Assembly (NCBI GenBank): GCA_963769885.1
Contig: CAVYNH010000007.1
Coordinates: 480,001 to 544,000 of the forward strand
Length of the DNA stretch: 64,000 bases
Direction of reading: 5' to 3'
Origin: Methanobacteriota archaeon
GTDB taxonomy: Archaea > Thermoplasmatota > E2 > DHVEG-1
Made by a program: the position numbers and the translations under genes. Below, one piece after another: positions 59,376-64,000 of this stretch (the stretch's first letter is position 1; the number at the start of each line of letters is the position of its first letter). The notes under the pieces are model-generated. The model had not been told where the DNA came from, did not search any database, and saw only the letters and a list, made by a program, of their open reading frames with translations.

Positions 59376-60161
59376 ATGGTTATGCCAACGGCCTCAGGTC
59401 CCGTGGACATCAGCGCTGAGTTCGCCTCCGGCTGCATCACACAAGTGCTGCAATATGAAAAGCTTGGGTCGACGAATCAAGAGGCGCTGCGGCTCGCCAG
59501 GGAGCAAGCACCGTCGGGCACCGTGGTGCTCGCACGCCGGCAGACCCATGGCCGTGGTCGGCTGAACCGAACCTGGGAGTCGCCGGAGGGCGGCCTGTAT
59601 TTTTCGCTGCTGCTTCGCCCTCCCTCATCCGCGCCCTTGTCTCTGCTGCCGTTGACGGCGGCCGTGGCGGTCGCCTCTGCCCTAGAGGACTATGGGGTTC
59701 CAGCGCGGATCCGGTGGCCGAACGACGTCCTCGTCGCGGGGAAGAAGGCGGCGGGGATCCTGCTTGAGCTGGACCAATCGCTAGCTGAGACCGTAGTCGT
59801 TGTCGGCGTCGGGGTGAACCTGAACGTCGACCTCGCCTCGCTGTCCGCAGGGATCCGTGGGCAGGCCGTATCACTGGAGGAGTACTGCGGGCATCGGTTC
59901 GACTTGCATGAGGTGTTGGGCGTGATCCTGCGGCGGTTCTCGGAGTACTATGGGTGGTTCTGTGCGGGGCAGGCGCAGCGGCTGCGCACCTTGTGGCTGG
60001 AAAAGTCGGATACGGTGGGGCAGCGTGTCCGGGTGCGGACGCCGCAAGGGCCGGTGGAGGGCGAGGCGGTGGACATCGACGCGGAGGGGTTCCTGCGGAT
60101 CAGGCTGGCTGATGGGAGTATTCAGACGGTGACCGCAGGGGACTGCCTTTACTTGCGATAA
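59376..60161 (+). CDS. birA: Biotin-protein ligase
   Basis: STN, QT.GRGR..R.W.SP, WPND, K.AGIL and G.G.N motifs. Confidence 0.92.
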   Translation: MVMPTASGPVDISAEFASGCITQVLQYEKLGSTNQEALRLAREQAPSGTVVLARRQTHGRGRLNRTWESPEGGLYFSLLLRPPSSAPLSLLPLTAAVAVASALEDYGVPARIRWPNDVLVAGKKAAGILLELDQSLAETVVVVGVGVNLNVDLASLSAGIRGQAVSLEEYCGHRFDLHEVLGVILRRFSEYYGWFCAGQAQRLRTLWLEKSDTVGQRVRVRTPQGPVEGEAVDIDAEGFLRIRLADGSIQTVTAGDCLYLR

Positions 60162-60171
60162 AACATGCTGG

Positions 60172-60519
60172 TTAGGTCATGCCCCATTGGAAGGTGGGCG
60201 GGGTGCCGATGGTGATGTAGACGACCTTGTCGGGGCTGGTGTTCTTGGCGCGGTGGCTGAGGGTGGAGTCGTGCCAGAGGATGTCGCCTTCCGTGAGGTT
60301 GTAGGTTTTTTCGCCGACGGTGTACTCGAGTTGGCCTTGGAGGATGAGGTGGAGTTCTTCGCCGTCGTGTTTGAATTCTCGGGACTCGGCGTGGGGCTCG
60401 ATTTCGGTGATGATGGCTTCCATATGGGGGGATTTGACCATGAGTCGGTAGAGTTTCCCAGGGCGTTTGAGCCTACTTTTATCGTCTCCTTTTTTGATGA
60501 ATGCGACGTTTTCCGTCAT
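60172..60519 (-). CDS. Cupin domain protein
   Basis: H.GEE...ILQG.L...V...L.EGD...DS...H pattern. Confidence 0.85.
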   Translation of the reverse strand: MTENVAFIKKGDDKSRLKRPGKLYRLMVKSPHMEAIITEIEPHAESREFKHDGEELHLILQGQLEYTVGEKTYNLTEGDILWHDSTLSHRAKNTSPDKVVYITIGTPPTFQWGMT

Positions 60520-60637
60520 AGCCTCTCCGATGCTTGGGTAGGTGTGGTGCCTTAATTAACCTTCCCGAAAACCGAGGGTGCCCCAAGGAAAATATTTATA
60601 AGAAGGTGCGTAATAGAACTACTAAAGGGGAGTTTAT

Positions 60638-62167
60638 ATGAAGAACGAACTCAAGAACCACTGGCTTCTAGTCGTCGGCATCTGCGCACTGTTCCTGCTG
60701 ACGTCCGTAGCCTCGGGCAACGTACCGAAGACCACCACGGTGTCGACTCCGGCGCCGGCGACGACGAACTACATCGGGAAGCTGCCCCCGAAACAAACAA
60801 CAACTTTTACCCATACGGTGTTCGCAGAAGACGGCACACGTATGCAATGCCCGTATTGTCCTTATGCGTCACAAGCATTGAAGAATATCTATGCCAGCCA
60901 TAATTATCCGTTCTATTATGTTTCTTTGGTTGCCTGGTATGCGCCGGCAAATAATGGAAATGACCACTCGTACCAACGGTGCCTGGATTATAATTTCTAC
61001 GGATATCCCACGGTCTGGTTTGATGGTGGATATAACGTTCAACTTGGCGGATATAGTGGCAACGAAAATGATTACCGAAACGCCATACAGCAGTGCGGTA
61101 ACAGAGCAGTGAGCAACATTGATGTTACCCTCAATGTAACCTGGCTTGGAAACGCGGCTATGACTATCACGCCATCTGTTAAAAACAATGAAGCAACCCA
61201 ATATAATGGACATATTCGAGTTTATGTCACTGTAGTAGACGCATCAATGTTTGGATGGATTGATACCTGGGGGAACCCGTATAGAATGGCGTTTTTAGAT
61301 TATGCACAAAATACTGATATTACTGTTAATGCTGGAGGCACTTGGACAAACACCATGACTTGGGATGGCCACAACTATAACAATGGTCATGGCACTACTT
61401 TTGGTTCAATCCAATATGGAAACATCGAGGTTATTGCAGTGGTGTTCAACTCTGCCCCACACCAGGGGTATTCATATCCACCAAGCAGTTATCCATTCAC
61501 TGCTTATTGGGTCGATAATTGCACTGGGGTCTGGGTAGGAACAAACCAACCACCAACGGTGCCAAGTAGTCCGAACCCATCCAATGGAAGCATCAATGTC
61601 GATATCACAAAAAAATTAAGTTGGACTTGCACTGACCCAGAAGGAGACCCATTGACATACGATGTCTACTTTGGAACATCGAATCCACCACCACTAAAAG
61701 CATCTGGCGTCACAACGAATACTTATAACCAGGGTACAATGGCTTACTCGACCACATACTATTGGAAGATAGTTGCTTATGATAATGCGGGTCACACAAC
61801 AGAGGGACCAGTTTGGGTATTCACCACGGCAAACGAGCCTGACACCACACCTCCGACCGTATTCTTGGCAAAGCCAAAAAACGCATATCTCTATCTGTTC
61901 GACAACAATGGGACGAGCAGGCCTATAATCCAGAAGACATTAATCATAGGAAAAATTACTGTCATTGCAGAGGCCACAGATGCTGGTTCTGGAGTAAAGA
62001 ATGTCGCTGTATTCATCGATGGGAATTTCAAGGTCAACGTCACCACGCCGCCATACACTTTCCTGTGGAATACATTTTCATTTGGCCAACACACGGTGAA
62101 CGTGATAGCGTATGATAACAGTGGCAATACAGCAGCGGCATCAGTCCAAGCATTAAAGATAGGGTAG
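60638..62167 (+). CDS. Secreted Omp28-like protein: thioredoxin-fold CxxC domain, Ig-like domain and further Ig/FN3-like domains
   Basis: THTVFAE...CPYCP, GYPT.WFDGG, YYWKIVA.D and DTTPP motifs. Confidence 0.75.
   Translation: MKNELKNHWLLVVGICALFLLTSVASGNVPKTTTVSTPAPATTNYIGKLPPKQTTTFTHTVFAEDGTRMQCPYCPYASQALKNIYASHNYPFYYVSLVAWYAPANNGNDHSYQRCLDYNFYGYPTVWFDGGYNVQLGGYSGNENDYRNAIQQCGNRAVSNIDVTLNVTWLGNAAMTITPSVKNNEATQYNGHIRVYVTVVDASMFGWIDTWGNPYRMAFLDYAQNTDITVNAGGTWTNTMTWDGHNYNNGHGTTFGSIQYGNIEVIAVVFNSAPHQGYSYPPSSYPFTAYWVDNCTGVWVGTNQPPTVPSSPNPSNGSINVDITKKLSWTCTDPEGDPLTYDVYFGTSNPPPLKASGVTTNTYNQGTMAYSTTYYWKIVAYDNAGHTTEGPVWVFTTANEPDTTPPTVFLAKPKNAYLYLFDNNGTSRPIIQKTLIIGKITVIAEATDAGSGVKNVAVFIDGNFKVNVTTPPYTFLWNTFSFGQHTVNVIAYDNSGNTAAASVQALKIG
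60661..60785 (+). repeat. 125-bp direct repeat of 62212..62336 (signal peptide/leader)
   Basis: Ungapped alignment with 106/125 identity by hand count. Confidence 0.88.
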
Positions 62168-62203
62168 GAAACTACCTTTCTTCTATCTTATTTACATACA
62201 AAA

Positions 62204-63611
62204 ATGAAGAGCTGGCTTCTGGTCATCGGCATCTGCGCCCTGTTCCTGCTGACGTCCTTAGCCTCGGGCAACGTAACCAAAACCACTACCCAGTCGACGC
62301 CGACGCTAGTGACGACGAACTACACTGGAAAGCTGCGCGTGTTCATCGCCGAACCCCTCTCTCGGTGGAACATGCATGACGGCAACCCGTACCACTTCGG
62401 CTGTCTCGGCATTCCCACCCAGACTGATATCTCAATCCCGTACCATACCTGGTACGACCAGAACTTCACCTGGACCGGCTCGTTCAGCGACAACAACATC
62501 ATGGTGATGGCCGCGGTCTATAACTCGGAGGGGCACACTGCGTACTCCTACCCGCCAAGCAGCTACCCTTTCACAGCCCACTACGTTGACGCCATGGCCG
62601 CTGCCAACCCAGGGGCGACCGGCTACAACCAGGCCCAGACCGGCTTCACCCACACCGTGTTTGCCGAAGAGGCGACTGCCACCTGGTGCCCCCAATGCCC
62701 CAGCATGGCCGGCTACTTCTACCAGGTATATGAGAGCCACACCTATCCCTTCTACTTCATCTCGCTCGTTGGGGATATGAACTCACAGGCCTACTCCCAC
62801 CTGGTCTCTGACTACAACCTCTATAATTACCCCACGGGGTATTTCGACGGCGGCTATAAAGTCCTGTACGGCCCCCAGTACAACGTGACCCCCACCGTCA
62901 CGAACATCATCTCCTCTGGGGCGCTTGCGGTCGCGGACCTCAACTTCAGCGTCTCCTGCACCATCATCAGCTCCGGCACGCAGCTCAAGTACCGCGTCCG
63001 GATCTACAGCAACTATGTCTCTCAGTTCCCTGAGACCCCAGCGGCGCCTGACGGACCGACCAGCGGGCTCGTCGGCTACCCCTACCAGTTCAGCGCGATC
63101 ACCACGGACCCCCAGAACGACCCCATGTACTACTGGTTCGACTGGGGTGACGGCACGAACAGCGGCTGGGTCGGCCCGTTCAGCGCCGGCGTCGCCGGCA
63201 CCGCGTCCCACAGCTGGACGTACACCGGGAACTACGCGGTCAAGGTGAAGGCCAAGGATCCCGCCGGCCATGAGACCGCCTTCTCTTCGACGACCACCAT
63301 CGTCATCACAGGGATCAGTACCCGAAATCTCGATGACCGCGGTAAAGGGTACGATCAACGCCACAATCCGGAACCCCGGCGGCATCGACTACACCAGCCT
63401 CGCCTGGCACATCGTCATCAAGGGCGGCATCTTCCACCTCATCAACATCAACAACAGCGGCTCCATCGCCCTGCTGCCCGCCGGCGACACGACCCATATC
63501 CAGTCAGACAGCGTCTTCGGCCTCGGCAAGGTCACCATCTCAGTAGAGGCCGGCGACTCGATCGCGAACAAGAACGGATTCGTCTTCGGGCCAATCCTCA
63601 AACTCACGTAA
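62204..63611 (+). CDS. Secreted CxxC protein, circularly permuted paralog, plus PKD and conserved C-terminal domain; frameshifted near 63315
   Basis: THTVFAEEATATWCPQCP and YPT.YFDGG motifs. The +1 frame (63270..63611) supplies the ...GLGKVTISV...GFVFGPIL C-terminus (span 1408 = 3n+1). Confidence 0.75.
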
Positions 63612-63625
63612 ACCGGCCCCTGGAG

Positions 63626-63672
63626 CTGGCATGCGCGGCACGACGCGATGCCCCTCCTTTCTCCCTTTTTTC
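63626..63672 (+). terminator. Hairpin plus pyrimidine tract
   Basis: GGCAT(G)CGCG-GCACGA-CGCGATGCC followed by CCTCCTTTCTCCCTTTTTT. Supports the true stop being at 63611. Confidence 0.5.
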
Positions 63673-63767
63673 TTTCCTTTCCGACCCCAGTCGTGGACAG
63701 ATAAATTATTAAACACGAGGCATAATAAACGATACAGAACCATACAAAGTATCGGAGGACCACCCCT

Positions 63768-64000
63768 ATGAAGAAGAGGCTTTCTATCGGAGTTACCCTG
63801 GCCATCACCGTGCTGCTGCTGGGCACCGCACTCCCACGCCTAGCCGCAGCAATGCAGGACTCATCGTCCACCATCACCCTGACTTATCCCTTTGCCACGC
63901 CGCAGATCTCCACGGTCGATATTGAGCAGACCCGGTACGACACGGTGAGCATCGCGGGCGCCCCCAACATCGGCCGCGCCGGAGACCCCAGCCTGCCCGC
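63768..64000 (+). CDS. Probable C25 peptidase (signal peptide and propeptide), 3'-partial
   Basis: GGAGG RBS; MKKRLSIG...TITLTYPFATPQI...GAPNIGRAGDPSLP resembles the propeptide of 4634..7294. Confidence 0.7.
   Translation, partial: MKKRLSIGVTLAITVLLLGTALPRLAAAMQDSSSTITLTYPFATPQISTVDIEQTRYDTVSIAGAPNIGRAGDPSLP

Noticed and set aside
63322-63712. Arg/His-rich C-terminus of ORF 62204..63712
   Set aside because: Off-frame translation after the frameshift. It runs through the terminator, while the +1 frame encodes the conserved C-terminal domain.

Overview
Archaeal chromosome segment, most consistent with Thermoplasmatota of the MBG-D/DHVEG-1 type (inference). The basis is a homodimer-type tRNA splicing endonuclease, a BHB-intron tRNA, an archaeal RNase P RNA, a GGPP synthase and many secreted gingipain-like C25, M14 and PKD proteins. 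Core genes include idsA, rnpB, tRNA-Gly, tRNA-Leu, uvrA-uvrC-uvrB, surE, panE, gyaR, endA and pycB-pycA-birA. The most unusual structure is an integrase-less tandem array of 0.8-1.3 kb gene cassettes behind tRNA-Leu(TAA). Each cassette is closed by a copy of the tRNA 3' end plus a shared 27-nt arm, and the copies decay with distance from the tRNA. A similar one-gene cassette is bounded by a duplication of the 3' end of the RNase P RNA gene. Other signals are two recurrent C-terminal tags on secreted proteins, a circularly permuted pair of CxxC proteins sharing a duplicated leader, nested domain insertions in a giant surface protein, and kb-scale flips of G+T/C+A strand skew. Four genes carry single-base frameshifts, probably assembly errors. 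All calls are by eye from the sequence; no searches were run.
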